Shown: positions 39,739 to 54,488 of the stretch, in pieces
Numbering within the stretch: position 1 is the first letter of the stretch
How the letters are laid out: the number at the start of each line of letters is the position of its first letter
Source of the DNA: the human T2T-CHM13v2.0 reference genome, Homo sapiens
Direction: 5' to 3' (one strand)
Assembly: GCF_009914755.1 (NCBI RefSeq)
Contig: NC_060941.1
Length of the DNA: 64,000 nucleotides
Position numbers and translations under genes: made by a program
The notes under the pieces: model-generated
The model's input: only the letters and a program-made list of their open reading frames with translations
Told to the model about the DNA's origin: nothing
Database searches by the model: none

Positions 39739-40621
39739 AAATAACTGTAGATAGTGACAATGGACCATTCTATCAAGAAATTTTGTTGGAATAAGAGGCA
39801 GAGAAATAGGTTAGTCTGTAGTTGACATGGAAGTTGCTTCAAGGAAGTAGGGTGGAAAAATTGGTAATGAAGGAGAAATAAGAAAAATTAAGACCACAGC
39901 AGTCTGTAGTAGATGAGAGAGAATAAGATCTAAGGCACTAATGAAGGAATTGTCTGTAGAGAGACAGAAATATATAGTTCATGCACAGGAGATGGTGAAA
40001 AACAGAGTATGTGAGTAGTGGCTCTAGGTGGGCAGATATGGTAATTAGAGTCCATAGACACTTTCTTCTTTTCACAGTATAGTAAGAAGCAAGGTCAGCA
40101 AAAGCAAGTAGGGATGAAAAAGGAGATGTGAGAGCTCTCTGGCTAGCATCTTCTCACTTTACTATTGCTATGGGAACTGGGAGAATCTCAAAAGTATTTA
40201 CATACTTCTTGGAGAATACATTTTTCTGATGAATATTTATAGCACCAGCCTAAACAAATATTATTTAGTAGAACATGCTTGTTTTTAATAATCTTCTTTC
40301 CTCACAGTGTTATCTGTTCTACTCATGTATTGCCAAGTGACCATTTCATCTGAATATTACCCAACAGGTTTGCATCCTTCTCTGACCTTGGACAGTGGCA
40401 TGTGTTTCTAACCTGGTTTTCTTCTCCATTAATGAAACACATTATTATTTAATTTCCAAACTCTGTCAAATAAATGTGTGAAAATATATTCATGTGATAA
40501 AAATAATCACTGATAATTTGTAATACATTTGTAGAAGTGTGACTTGTACCTCATTTGTGTGCTGACGTCTAGTGCAGATCTCAGAGTCAGGCCAACTCTC
40601 CATTGTCCTCACTATCCTACT

Positions 40622-41038
40622 TGTCTTAGTCTGTTTTCTGATGGTTATAACAAAATATTTTGTACTGGGTAACTTAGATTGACAATACATTTATTTCTAA
40701 CAGTTATGGGGACTGAGCATTCCAAGGTTAAGGGCTACATCTTGTGAGGGCTTTCTTGCTGATGGGAACTCTGTACGGACTTCTGAGCCAGCACAGGGAA
40801 TCACATGATGAAAATGCCACATATGATAACATGCGGTGCTCAAGTCTCTCTCCCTCTTCTGATAAAAACACCAGTTTCTTTCCCATGAAAACCAATTAAT
40901 TAATTAACTATTTAAATACACCAAACTATGAATGGGCTATTTCATGAGGCCAGAGCCCTCTTAAAGGCCTCATGTCTCAATACTGCCACGTTAGGGATTA
41001 CATTTCAACATGAGATTTGGAGGGGACCAACCATTGCA
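40622..41038 (-). mobile_element. MSTB/MSTD-like MaLR LTR
   Basis: tgtcttagtctgtttt, catcttgtgagggctttcttgctg, tttcaacatgagatttggagggga. Confidence 0.82.
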
Positions 41039-44000
41039 CTTCACTTCCCCATTTTGTGACCAAGGCCTTCAGACTACAAAGTAGCTATTTAATTCTATGT
41101 TTTTGACATTGTCCCATGCCTGCCTTTTAGTCGAAGAGGTATAGTTTCCATGGTTTCAAACAATACTAACAGTCCCAACTATCTTTTCTTTATAAGATCA
41201 ATATGGAAAATTTGATGAAATAAATGAAAAAAACTGTATATATACTAAACTACTATGAGCTAGTTAATACAGAATTTCTTGTCTCCATTGTTGATGGGGG
41301 TGACTAAAATTTGAGTTGAGTTTCTGCCTAATTTCAACTTTTATTCTTGAATGGGGGATTTCCCCATTTTTGAATACTACTATATTCAAGAAGCCAAGCA
41401 CAAGAAATATTTAAGGATAATAATGGCTATTTTCTTGCCCAAAGTGGATATTTTGCATCTCTAGGTTTTCAAACTAATTTATATTGCTCTTACCAACTTG
41501 TTGCCTGTAATCATATTTTCCATATTGATAGTGAGAATCTTTATCTCATTCCCTGCCTTTAAAGATAACTTTTATTATAGATTTTGTTACTGTTTACAGG
41601 ATAGAATGTTACTTTAATTCTTAGTTTTCAAAGAGTTTTTATTAAAACCAAGTATTGAACTTTTGCTTATCTATTACACTAGCCATATATTTTTCTACTT
41701 TAGTTAACTACTTTGGTGCATTGAAAAAATACATTTTATAATGCGTAGTCAACTTTACAGTCCTGAAATAAACTGATAATTATGTCATAATTTTATTAAT
41801 ATACCCTGGGTTTGGGCTAACCACTGGTTCATTTAATGGCTTTAACATTTTCATCTGCCTCACTTTGAGTCCAAGATAAAACTGGCCTACGGTATTATAT
41901 TTCTACTTTCTTTGTTCAATAATGTTACAAATGTTACCCTAACCTCATAAAAACATTAAAAGAAATTTTAGTATCATCAAGTGGTGAGAGAATTTTTGTT
42001 TTCTATTTCCTCTTACTAATTGTTTCCAAGATACCTGGCTTCTCTGTAAGGCTAGTTTAAAATGTTACACTTCTTACAGAATTCTAGCTCTAGATAGGCC
42101 ATAATTACATAAATAACAGAGGATGAAAATCCCTTCAAAGGATGAAACATAGAAATTGATGTAGTAAAGCTTTAGGCTGTCCAAGATAATGTTTTCTATT
42201 TAAAATATTGCAAATCTGGCCAATTGAATTAAATTCACTTTGAACAGGCTATAATAAGCACTTACTTTTGGTGTGAGTAAATAACAAATAAATCACTTAA
42301 GAAAATACGGCATTATTCCCCCTCATGGTGCATTTAAACTAGAATAAAAAATTGTTACGAGAGGAAGATGAAGTCACCAAAAGAGCTGAGAATTGTTAAA
42401 GAATGTCAGGCAGAATACTCATAAGGTTGAACTGATAACATAATTAGGTACTTGCTAAAAACTTACCAAGATACAACCTGGGCAATAACACCCTCTAGAA
42501 TGGCAACCAGACTATATAGAGTGTTAAAAAGAAGAATCTTGGTAAAAATGAGGCTAGCAATTAAAAATGAGAAAACTAAGGATAAACAGAAAGGGTTCTA
42601 GAAACAATTCAGGAAGAGATATTTGAAAGGCATGTGGTATGATAAAGTTCAAGTGACATAAAATTAATAGTAATATCATGAAGCAAAAAGCAGAAATGGA
42701 AAGATATAGAACGAAAGGGGATAATCACTTGAATCACAAGATTATATATTTGAGTTCAGTACACTGAAATATTTCATTTTTCAATATGAAAGACATATAG
42801 TGACCTCTAGGCACTCATTTTAATATACAAGAGCCATTAAAAAGGCACTTCAAGGTGTTAGCAGGATCTACTCCATTATAACCATGGATGGGAGGTTTGC
42901 ATTCACTCTGAAAAGAGTTTCCTTTGCAGTTTTATGTGAGAAAAATACAGTATCAAAATGATTATATTGTGATACAGAATCTCCCTATTAACCAATTGCA
43001 ATGACCCAAATATGACCCCACAAGAAATGAATCTGGTGCATATAACTAACGAGATGGGTGAAATTGTTCATCCTGTAAAATTGATGGTCAGTCACTGAAG
43101 AGAAGAATTTGGGACTGCATTTCAGGAAAAAGAACCAAAACAGTAACAGTTCTGCTTCTACATAATTATACGGATCCTCATGAGTCACCTGTGAAGAAAA
43201 CAAAACAAAACCTCTTCTCAAAATTCTGTCCACTAATTTCTAAGGAAAAAAATGTGGTAGATAGGAAACATGATACTGCTAGAGCACAGAGATGCAGATA
43301 ATGAATGAGAAATCTTTCTCTAAATTAAGATTTTTAAACATTGATTTTGCTATTTGAATATAGGAAGATGACTCCTGTTTTCTCATTTGATATATTTAAT
43401 GGTGAGTTCACAGATACAATTGTTTCCTCGGCTTAAGGTCAATGATCATGGTGGAATAGGAAAATAGAGAAAAATGCTGAAAGTTTTCAGCTTTAGTGTA
43501 CTATCTGTTAAAAAGAGTATTTCAAAGACACTGTTTTTACACTGTTTTAATGAATTCAGACTATGTCTCATGATCTTTTGGAAAATTGAAATAATCTCAA
43601 ATTATTTTCCTGAGTACAAAATGTCAATTTAATGAGAGTTTAAATGTGATGACCCAATTATTTCAATTAAATTATACAATATTTATTAGACTATAAGTTG
43701 CAAACTGCTATCATATAACTATGAATTGCAGAAGATAGAAGAGGATGAAATAATACATAAGACCATAAAATTAATTATATCATTCTCTCTTTCATAGAAA
43801 CAGACAATATATGCTCATTATAATATTTGATGACTTAGCTATCATAATCAGTTCTATGTTTTCACAATACTGTTTATCCTGTTATAAACCTAAATTCCGT
43901 TTGATCAATTATCGGTCTCAGAGCAAGGGAATCAGTCTTGCATGTATTAATTGAAGCTTATGGTATGAAGTACAGCCCAAAGATTAATTTTGCAAGAAAT

Positions 44001-45239
44001 ATAACTATAAACCAGATTCTGACACCTCTATACAACACATTAACACATCTTTGTCATAAGCACGATTCAAGACAACACCACTTTAGAACTTTAGTTCTCT
44101 GCTGTTGAAGGTTGGGAGATTTTGTAAAAATTTTTTACAAAGATAATCTAGTCATTTCAAAAATCTGCCATAAGAGAAAGATTTTAAGTTTGAAAGAAGT
44201 CAGAACTATAGTTAATGATACTGTATTGTTTACTTGAAATTTGCTAAGAGGGTAGCCTTAAGTGTAACACTATGTTATACGCATGTACAAGTGAGTCTTA
44301 AAACAAACACTCATGATTTTACTTGTAGCAACTTTGATTTGCTCTCTTTACAACCAAACTTCTTGAAAGTGATTTTGACTCCCAGTTTTCAATTCCTCAT
44401 TTAATATTATTTTAAGTCATAACACATTACTTCATTTAAAGCCCTCCTAGTCATACTCCTAATTGTTCTTGTCTCTACCAGGCACTTGACATTTATCCAA
44501 CCATTCAGTTATTAAACAAATATTTTTTCAGTGCTTGACCTGCTGCCTATTGCTGGGATATGTCCTGGAAATCCAACAGTGGATGCTTCTATTGTTTTGT
44601 CTACCTCCGTAAATAGCTCTGCTTCTGTTGGTCTCCAGCAATGCTGTCCAATCTCAACCAGTTAGTTATGCAGAAAATGTTGTAAAACTCATGTGCCAGC
44701 ATTATCTTTATTTTTGCCTCAAAAACAGAGCCTATTGACAATAAGAGTAAAATGTTTCAGTTCAGAGGCAAGAATTATACAAGTGAACATTTTGAAGTAA
44801 TGACAATGAGTGACTATAACAAAATTTAGAGACTTATAAAGGAAACTACGTGATGCCCAGGTGCTGAAACACCATTCATAGTGGAGAAATCAAAGTCACG
44901 CCATGTGTGTTTTACAAATCATTAACACATTCAGAATAAATGCTTGAAAATATGAATAGCTTAGAGAGGAAAGAGTTTTTCTGTCCTACTTACTTACCTA
45001 TCTGATAACTTGTGAAAATGGCTGCTTCAACCTGTATGCACATTCAGTGTAACATTTCCAAAACCTATACTTTCTCTAATATCACCGAGCCATGTCAGGT
45101 GAAAATACACGTAATTTCTGTAGCTATTGTTTTGTGCTAACTTTACAGAATTTTTTCAGTCAACCAACAGTATTACATTACTTAGTAGTGCCCTTGTCTC
45201 AGAGCCAGTTAATCATAAACATTCCGACAGGTTGAACCA

Positions 45240-45866
45240 TCTAACAATGGAATGGATTCTCATGTGTTTTCTGCACACTCGCTCCCCAATTATGTTCTAT
45301 GAGAAGATCCAGAAGAGACTCCCTTCACTAAGGGATTAAGAAACATATGGGTAAGGGGAGATTTTCCATCAGTGAAAGTTCTCTGGTTGCTCACTTCTGT
45401 GGGCCAGATATGACTATAAAAGAGGCCACAATTGAGAAATGCTCACAGATTTCAATAAGAATGATGTGATTCCAGAAAATCACATGCAACATTGTAGCAC
45501 TTAACCACCAAACAAAATGTGGGCATACCTACAATCAAGGCTGGCAGAGTTGTACAGGTCATCAGAGTGTCTTGGACCAAGAAAACTTGGGCAGGGGCTA
45601 AATGATATTGACATCCTTAGAACAAAATAGAGACCCTTTCAGAATATTGCTTAATTCATATGACAAGAAATTCTTCAGGTCTGGAGCCAAAAACTTGACT
45701 CCAGTCACCACTGTGGAGATATAGCCTCCCACCAAGTTTTATGTTAATTTTCTGATTCAGAGCCCTTTGATTAAATAGGGTGCCTGGAGGGCTCTGCACT
45801 ATTGACGCACCACTCACAGTAAATCTTTCCCCATGCCTTCCCCAAAGAGACCTGTGGCCTTCTTTA
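45240..45866 (+). mobile_element. ERVL internal (gag region) remnant
   Basis: tccagaagagactcccttcactaa, tagcacttaaccaccaaa, aatctttccccatgccttcccaaagagacctgtggcctt follow the HERVL/ERVL order. Confidence 0.7.
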
Positions 45867-46004
45867 TAGCATATCTACTCTGTGAAGCAATTCACTGTGA
45901 ATAGCTTTTCCTGGCACCTGAGAAGTTTACCTAGACTACTCTTCTTCATGGATTTCATAGTCTGGGACTACTGGTCACATCTTTCTTTCCAGAATACTTT
46001 CCTA

Positions 46005-46314
46005 TTTTTTGTTGTTGTTGCTGTTTGTTGTTTTGAGACAGGGCCTCATTCTGTCCCCCAGGCTGGAGGGCAGTGACACAATCTCCACTCACTGCAACCT
46101 CCACCTCCCAGGCTCAAACGATTCTCCCACCTCAGCCTCCTGAGTAGCTGAGACCACAGGTGTGTGCCACCGTGCCCAGCTGATTTTTATATTTTTGTAG
46201 AGACAAGGTTTTGCCATGTTGCTCAGGCTGGTCTTAATTAGAGGGCTCAAGTGATCTGCCTGCCTTAGCCTCCCAAAGGGATGGGATTACAGATGTGAGC
46301 CACCATGCCCGATC
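46005..46314 (-). mobile_element. AluJb
   Basis: gagacagggcctc, ccaggctcaaacgattctcccacctcagcc. Confidence 0.9.
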
Positions 46315-46374
46315 TGCTTTTCCATTTGGATTCATGGAATAGCCTCTCCTGATTCTACTTCTATATTTTTAGCT

Positions 46375-46880
46375 ACTTTGTATTATTGGAGCATAATATA
46401 GACACAGAAATTGTCCTAAATTATGAGAGTGTAGGTCAATGAGTTTCTCAAATAGAACAACCTCATATAATCACTACATTGATCAACAAATAGGGCAGCC
46501 CCCACACCTTAGATATCATCATTTTGACCTCTTCCAGTTAGTAACCATCTAGGTTTGTCATTACCTTGACTTCTAACACTATGAATTAGTTTCGTCTGAT
46601 TTTGAGCTTAATATAAATGTATCATACTGTATGCATTCTTTTATGTATGGCTTCTTTTGCTCAGCATGATAAATCTAATGTTTGGAAGATTGCTTCAATG
46701 TTACATATCATTATAGTAACATTCATTTTCTTACCTCTTTTGTATGAGTAAACACAAATTATCCATTCTACTTTTGATGAACATTTGAGTTGTTTCCCAA
46801 ATATTACTGTATTATAATGAAAACTGTTATGAACATTATGTACAAGTCTTTGGAGAACATATTATACACTTCTGTTGTTT
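46375..46880 (-). mobile_element. L1ME/MD-like 3' end
   Basis: gacttctaacactat, tggcttcttttgctcagcat, atccattctacttttgatgaacatttg. Confidence 0.7.
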
Positions 46881-47907
46881 GATTCACTCATTAAATATTA
46901 TTTTTACCAGTGTTCTGAAATTGGTCCTCTTTGGTGATCACGCATCACTTTTGTTACTACTTATTTCTTTAAAATTTCTACAAACACATCTGTCTGCTGA
47001 GAACTTCTGAACTTTTAACAGGTACTTCCAGTACTTAATATTTAATTATTTTTCTTCTTTAATTTTCCTTTCTATATTACCTTCTTAGATTAATGTGTGC
47101 AAGACACACGGTAGAGTTACTTAAAGTATTGCCTTTTTCTTATTTGGTAATGAAATGTGTCAATTCTACTTAATTAACAACCCTATACTTAATGATCTTC
47201 TGCCACGGTCTTAGTTTCTGCCTTCATCTTATTTGAAAGTGTTTGTAAAACTAATTTTCTGATAGCAATGCTGATGTCTAGTGATTTAGAGTAGTTGGGT
47301 TGTTAAAAATTAGTTACTGCATTCCAAGATAAAAGTTGTTATTATCACAAACTCTTTGAGCAATCCTTATTGTAGCAGTGCACGAGAGAATGAAGTGAAT
47401 ATCAACTGAGAAACTGGAAAATAATAAGCAATAAAATGCTTGAAAAGAAAAAAAAAAAAGAAAACAGTTTTTGTGAATGTTTGGCAGGTGAATCCCCTGA
47501 GGAATGAATGCCTTGGTATTTGTGACTCCACATAAATCAAACGGACATAAAAAGAGATCTCAATTTTGGCACAAACAAATTGATCTGACTGGATGGTGGC
47601 TGATAAAATGCATCTTTACCCCAAGTTCAAAAAGATCTTGGCTGATCAAGGCAGCAATTCAGAAGATAATAAAGTCTGGAGAGACTTGAACAAGTTTTGT
47701 GGAGTTTATATAAAAGGAAGACTGAGAGGGAAATGTCAAAATATTGAGGAGTACAATACCATGATCATTATAAACATTACATTACTGAAGGTTGCATATA
47801 TGGATATATGCAAATGATATGAAAGGGATGAAACCTTTTCATAAAAATATAAAAAATCAACATTCATTTTCACTGGTAATTTATTCTAAGCCTTATTTCT
47901 AATGATG

Positions 47908-47908
<1 letters not shown>

Positions 47909-47941
<33 letters not shown>
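47909..47941. repeat. (TG)16 microsatellite
   Basis: directly visible. Confidence 0.97.
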
Positions 47942-47943
<2 letters not shown>

Positions 47944-48639
47944 CTAGGATTAAATAAATATGTGCCTTTCTTCTGGGATTAAATCTTTTCACTCATTTTC
48001 TCGTTGCTGCTTTGATTGTGTCCAAACATCTTATGACAGAGATTTGGCTTTTGCTTTATTTCTAAATGCTTCTCATTAGCACCTAGGTTCCTGCTGTATC
48101 AAACTTTAAATGTTTGAAATACTATATATAATTTTAGTTTTCTTGGCCTTGGCTCATATGGTTTAATTTTCCTGGAATAGTTTTACCTTACTTGACCATT
48201 TGGAAAATTCCTATTCTTTTCTAAGATTCCGGTCCTGGATCTCAGTATTTTTGAAAGCTTCTCTTGACCTTCATAAGCAAACCTGTGTTGTTACTTCTTC
48301 TTGTGTCATTTTTTTCATAATATACAGCCTTGGCTCTTCACCTTTAGCATTTACAAAAATTGCCATTATTTTTTAAATGGACTTTCTAGCCCCAATGCTA
48401 AATTTGCTCACAATAATTTTTAGAATAAATTCAAAAATATACTAAGAAGATTCTTATACAAAAAGTTTGAGTATCTTACTCTGAGAACACTGTTCCATAG
48501 CTATTATCACTTTTCACATTAATATTTTCTAACAGTCTTTGTTTTCCTTAAGGGAAGGAAAGGATAACATTTATTTTCCTAGCACCTGTTATAGGGATAG
48601 ACAAGTAGTATTAATTTAATAATTGATAATTTTTGTTTA

Positions 48640-48880
48640 TTATACACTTATGTGGAACTTAATGTAGGTCTGTACAATTGTAAGCTTTTTATAAGTATTA
48701 AACTGATTAAGTCTCATTATTAACCTGTGAAGGTGCTACTCTTATTCCTTGTTTTCAGGTGAGTAAACTCAACAGACAAGTTACTAACTTGCCTAATTTC
48801 AGGCAGTTAGAAAGGCAGCTCTAATTAAAATATAAGAAATATGATTTCAAATTAAAGGAATTTATCCACTTCATAACACT
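48640..48880 (-). mobile_element. MIR
   Basis: aacctgtgaaggt...ttttcaggtgagtaaactc...taacttgcctaa. Confidence 0.65.
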
Positions 48881-49699
48881 CTGGAATGTTGATTTTTAAA
48901 ATATGTATTGTAGTATAACACTGACATATGTACCAACATCAAATGTACAGGCTGAAAAATTATCCAAAAGTCAGCACAGCATTATAAAGATGACTCATGT
49001 GAAGTAATAAAATCTGAGCTGAATCCTAGGAAATTCCTTCTTTCCCCTACACAGTAGTAACTCTCCCTCTCACCATTATCCTCACATCTGTTCATACTTT
49101 ACAGTTATTTATTTCACTCAACATGCAGTTTGTGTGTAAACAACACATTGTACTTATTTATTCCATATTTGATATCTATTTTTCCAGTTTGGATCTAATA
49201 TAAATTATGTTTCTAGAAAGATTATTATACATATCTTTAGGAGGAAGTATATGTACACATTTATGTATTTCTATATACACACTATATATACACACACTGT
49301 ATATATGAATACATACACACAAACATGCAAACACCTGTATGCATATATAGTCAGGATGGATTTGGGCAATGAGGTCGAAAGGATACGTTCATTACGTTCA
49401 TTACAAGATTAAGTCGAATGTTTTTCAGAGTCGTAGTGATTTACATTCCCTTCATCAGTGCGTGCAAATTTCGTTTGTGCAGCTTCTATAGAAACCCTAA
49501 ATACACTTTATTTTTTAAAGTTTAGCTTTTTAGTAATTATAGAGTAGAATTTATTTTTATTTTTAATTTGTATTTAATAAAAGTAGCTTGATTTCCTTTT
49601 ATTTTTTTCTTTCTTTAATTTTTTTTTTAATTCTGTGTGGTAAAGTGCTTTGAAAAGGCCTTTCTTGATGTTTCATTTGGTTGTACTTTTATTTCTTAT

Positions 49700-49998
49700 T
49701 TATTAATTTTTTTTTTTTTGGAGATGGTTCTAACTCTGTCACCCAGGCTGGAGTGCAGTGGTTGATTAGAGCTCACTGCATCCTTGACCTCCCCGACTCA
49801 AAAGAGCCTAGCTACTCAGGAGTAGCTGGGACTACAGGCCAGAGCCACCATGCCTGGCTAATTTTTTAAATTTTTTGTATAGGCAGAGTTCTCTCACTAT
49901 GTTGCCCAGACAGGTCTCAGATCCCTGGGCTCAAGTAGTCCTCCCACTTTGCCCTCCCAAAGTGCTGGGATTAATGTTGTGAGCCACCGTACCTGACC
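49700..49998 (-). mobile_element. AluJo
   Basis: agctcactgcatccttgacctcc, ctcactatgttgcccag, ctgggctcaagtagtcctccc. Confidence 0.88.
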
Positions 49999-51669
49999 AT
50001 GTTTTTTTTTTCAAAAAATTCATTTGTGAAGTTTAAAAAGTATCTTTTAAGAGTTCTTACTGTATTTATATTGCAAATTTCATTACCCATTCTGTTGCTA
50101 GCCTTTTCACTCTCAGTGAGTTATTTTATGATTACAAATCCTTGTTTATGTTATTTTATTACTATTAACTTATTTATCTTATTTATTAGCCTTCAGTGGT
50201 TAGTTTTTTAGTCTTTTTTTAAATCTTAAGGTCATAGAAGTGCCCTCTATATTACTTTTTAAAAACTGTACTGTTTTATGTTACACATTGGCTTCTATAT
50301 GAAATAATTTTTGTGTATGTTGTGAAGTTGGATGTTAATATTCATTTTTCTCTATGGATTTATGAAAGACAGCACAATTTATTGAAAATACATCTTTTCC
50401 TTGCTGTACTGAAGCACTATTTTTTTCACAAATCAGCTAAATATATTGTTGTGTGGTTCTCTTTATGAGTTCTCCATTCTGTTTCATTGAAATATCTATA
50501 CTTGCACCTTTTCCATAATGTCATAATTAATATACATTTATAAAAACTTTAATAAAGTCTTCACATTATATTTTTTCTTCAAAGTTATTTATGCACTGCG
50601 TTTTTATTTGCATTTTACAGTCAGTTTTTCAGTTGCCGCCAAATATAATGCAGACAAATTACACTATTACTAATCACAGTATTGTGATTTTCAGTGTATT
50701 ACAAATATAGATTTATTTAAAATACTGACTCTTTCTTCTAATACTAGGAATAACAAAGAAACATGGTACATCTTTATTTCTGTTGAATGTCTTTAATTTC
50801 TCTTAATCTTTCACAATTTTCAGTAAAGGGATTGAATATAATATGTTATATTTTATATTAGGAATTCAATGTTTCTTCCTGGAAACATTTCAGATTTTTA
50901 ATATTTTACTTGATTTAGACTCACTACATTTGGAAAGCTTCAATTACAATTTTACTTTTAACAGATATAGAGCTACTCAGATTTGCTATTCTTGTGTCAC
51001 TATTTACGATTTTTTAGAAATGTCTTCTATTTCATCAAATTATTTCACAATTTTTGACTTAAAGTTACTTATTACATTCTCTTTTTCTCTCTCGTGACTA
51101 TAGAATCTATAATGATTTCCTCATTATTCATGATATTTAGAATTTGTGGATATTCTTTTTTAATTTCATGCATAATCATGGTATATTTTTATCAGTCTTT
51201 TCATAGTAACTTTGGCTTTTGCTGATTTCATTTATTTTATGATTGTTTCTTTTTCTCCTGCTTCTTATTTATATTCTCTTTTTTAATTCTTTGGATTTAA
51301 TTTGACATTACATTTAAAATTTTTGAGATTGACGATTACATTATTAATTTTCAAACTTTATTTTTTTAACATATTTATGTAACCATATATTTATCTCCAA
51401 GCTGAGGTTTGCCTAAGTCTCCCAACTTTTAACAAGCAGTATTTTTACTTTCATTTTTATTAAATTCAAAATATATTTTAATGTTCACTGTAATTACTTT
51501 TTTGATCCATGAATAACTTAGAAATGTGATGCTTAATTTCCAAACATTTGTTAACTTTCAAAGTCTTGCTATAGATTTCCAGCTTAATAACATTGTTGTA
51601 CAAAAAACACTGTCAAAGATTTCAAATTTTTGGTATTTATTGATTCTTGCTTGGGGCCTAACCTCAGCC

Positions 51670-51709
<40 letters not shown>

Positions 51710-51738
51710 CCTATCTATCATCTATCATCTATCTACCT
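51670..51738. repeat. (TATC)n tetranucleotide repeat
   Basis: directly visible. Confidence 0.95.
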
Positions 51739-52199
51739 AGACAGAGATATCTATAGATATCTATGGTAAATTTTGAAACATGTTCCAAATACACTATAAT
51801 AAATTGTATGTTTTGCTGTTTTTGAGTGCAGTTTTTATGTCAAAGTATTTAATTCTACTGCTTTAAATGTTTGTATTATTGATATTTTGTATCCTTTTTG
51901 CTATCATGTATCAAAAATGTGTATTAAAGTCTTTATGATTGAAGATGTGCCTATTGCTCCTTTTAGTTCTATAAATTATGCATGCGCATTAACTGTGTGT
52001 GCGTGAATATAAATACACAAGTTAGACAACTTCCTCAATAATTGATTCTTTTATGTGAATGATGTATACATCTTCCTCTCAGGTAATAATTTCTGCCTTA
52101 AAATCTCTATTGTCTAATATTAACATAGCTAAACAAATTTTCATTTGGCTTGTGTTTATCTTTTATATACATATATGAAATTTTTAAATTTAGATGGTT

Positions 52200-52650
52200 C
52201 CATAGATAGAAGATAGAAGATATATAGATAGAAGATAGTATATGTCTTCTACAGATACAGATATGTATATGTATATATACTTATAGATATATTAATATTT
52301 ATATCTATGTTTATAAATGTATATATGTAGATAGCTATATATGTATATCTACATATATATCTACATACCAATATATATCTCTAGGTGTGTATATGATATC
52401 TATATACATATAGATATAGATATGCAGGTATATACATACATAGATAACTATGTATATATATCTATGCACATGTAGAAATATAGATGTAGATATAAATATA
52501 TATCTGTATAGAGTTATGTGTAGACATATATAGATATATAGATAGGTCTATATAGAGAACCATCTACCTATATCTAGATAGATATCTATCAATTGATATC
52601 TCTACCTATCTAGCTCTAGATAGATTATCTAATCTATCTATAAAACTATC
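52200..52650. repeat. degenerate TA/TAGA low-complexity tract
   Basis: about 450 bp of atagat/tatatc/tatgt motifs. Confidence 0.85.
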
Positions 52651-52730
52651 TTGAAACGATCCTAATTTAAAAATCAAGATTCGTTTTAATTCAAAAATCT
52701 TAACTTAAAAGTTAGGAACCATCTTTATTT

Positions 52731-53114
52731 TGTGGTTCATATACACCATGGAATACTAGGTGGCCATAAAAAAGAGTGAGATCAAGTCATTTGCAGGAAC
52801 ATGGAGGGAGCTGGATGGAGGTCTTCATCCTTAGCAAACTAATGCAAGAACAGAAAACCAAATACTGCATGTTCTCATTTACAAGTGGGAGCTAAATTAT
52901 GAGAACACATGAACACATAGAGGGAAGCAACAGGCACTGGGGTCTCTGGGAGTGTGGAGGGTGGGAGGAAGTTGAAGATCAGGAAAAACAACTAATGGGT
53001 ACTAGGCTTAATAGCTGGGTGGTGAAATAATGTGCACAACAAACCTCTGTGACACTAGTTTGCCACATAACAAACCTACACAGGTGCCATTGAACTGAAA
53101 ATAAAAGTTAAAAA
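52731..53114 (+). mobile_element. L1PA13-16-like 3' end
   Basis: catatacaccatggaatacta, gatcaggaaaaacaactaatgggtactaggcttaata. Confidence 0.9.
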
Positions 53115-53201
53115 TGATGAAAATACGGAAACAAAAATCTTCAACCAACACAAAACGGTTCATCCCAAGAATCATCTTAATTTAAAAATCTTTACATCTT
53201 A

Positions 53202-53354
<153 letters not shown>

Positions 53355-54022
53355 TTAAATAGAGTATATATCCGTTTACATTTAATGTGGTGAATGAAAA
53401 ATTTGGTTTTCATTTACCACCCTACAATTTGCCTTTCTCAACTAATACTTTATAGATAAAAGGACTTACGGAAAGCAAATATATGACTCAATATTCCAAT
53501 AAAAGTGCTTGAAATAATTTATATTGAGCACGTTATCCTTCTTTCTTAAAAACCTTAAGCTATACACATTACATAGATAAGCACTGATGAGAATCTAGTA
53601 CTAAATAACCATTATTTCAAAGGCATAGATAGAATGCTTTCCAGGTATGGAGTGTTTCCATACTTCCCTTCCATACATTTTCAAGCCATTGCATAACAAA
53701 TACGGAATTTTGTGGAGAGGAGTGAATTTATATCCTTTAATATTTTCTCACTTTAGAAATGCAGTCTTGGAATGATATAAACTCTGTAAACAGACTATCA
53801 TGTTGTATTTACGAAGAATTATATTAAGGTGTCTATTTTTAAGACAAGAATAAATATGTTTTTGTTCTAATAATAGAAATGGATAAGCAGAATTCTGGCT
53901 TATAATAATGAGAACATACTATCCCCTAGTTTGAAATAAGTTAAATAATTTAACTTTCTCATGTTATCTTGAAGTTTGTATTGAATGTATCAGTGCACTA
54001 CATGAAATGGGACATTTGGTGC

Positions 54023-54488
54023 TGTCAGGCCTCTGAGCCCAAGCTAAGCCATCATATCCCCTGTGACCTGTAGGTACACATCCAAATGGCCTGTTCCTGC
54101 CTTAACTGATGACATTCCACCACAAAAGGAGTGAAAATGGCTGGCCCTTGCCTTAAGTGATGACATTCCACCACAAAATAAGTGAAAATGGCTGGTCCTT
54201 GCCTTAACTGATGACATTACCTTGTGAAATCCCTTTTCCGGGCTCATCCTGACTCAAAAAGCTCCCCCACTGAGCACCTTGTGACCCCCCATGCCTGCCT
54301 GCCAGAGAACAAGCCGCCTTTGACTGTAATTTTCCTTTACCTACCCAAATCTTATAAAACAGCCCCACCCCTATCTCCCTTCGCTGATTCTCTTTTTGGA
54401 CTCATCCCGCCTGCACCCAGGTGATTAAAAAGCTTTATTGCTCACACAGAGCCTGTTTTGTGGTCTCTTCACATGGACGCGCGTGAAA
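54023..54488 (+). mobile_element. LTR7 (HERV-H) solo LTR
   Basis: tgtcaggcctctgagcccaagctaagccatc start, tgccttaactgatgacatt repeats, ctcttcacatggacgcgcgtgaaa end. Confidence 0.95.

Larger units (their letters stand above)
38890..40140 (-). mobile_element. L2 remnant, interrupted several times
   Basis: atattcaagtggaa, gagatggagatgtaaat, ggatttagcaacatt...ggtgac, ggcagagaaataggttagt. Confidence 0.6.
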
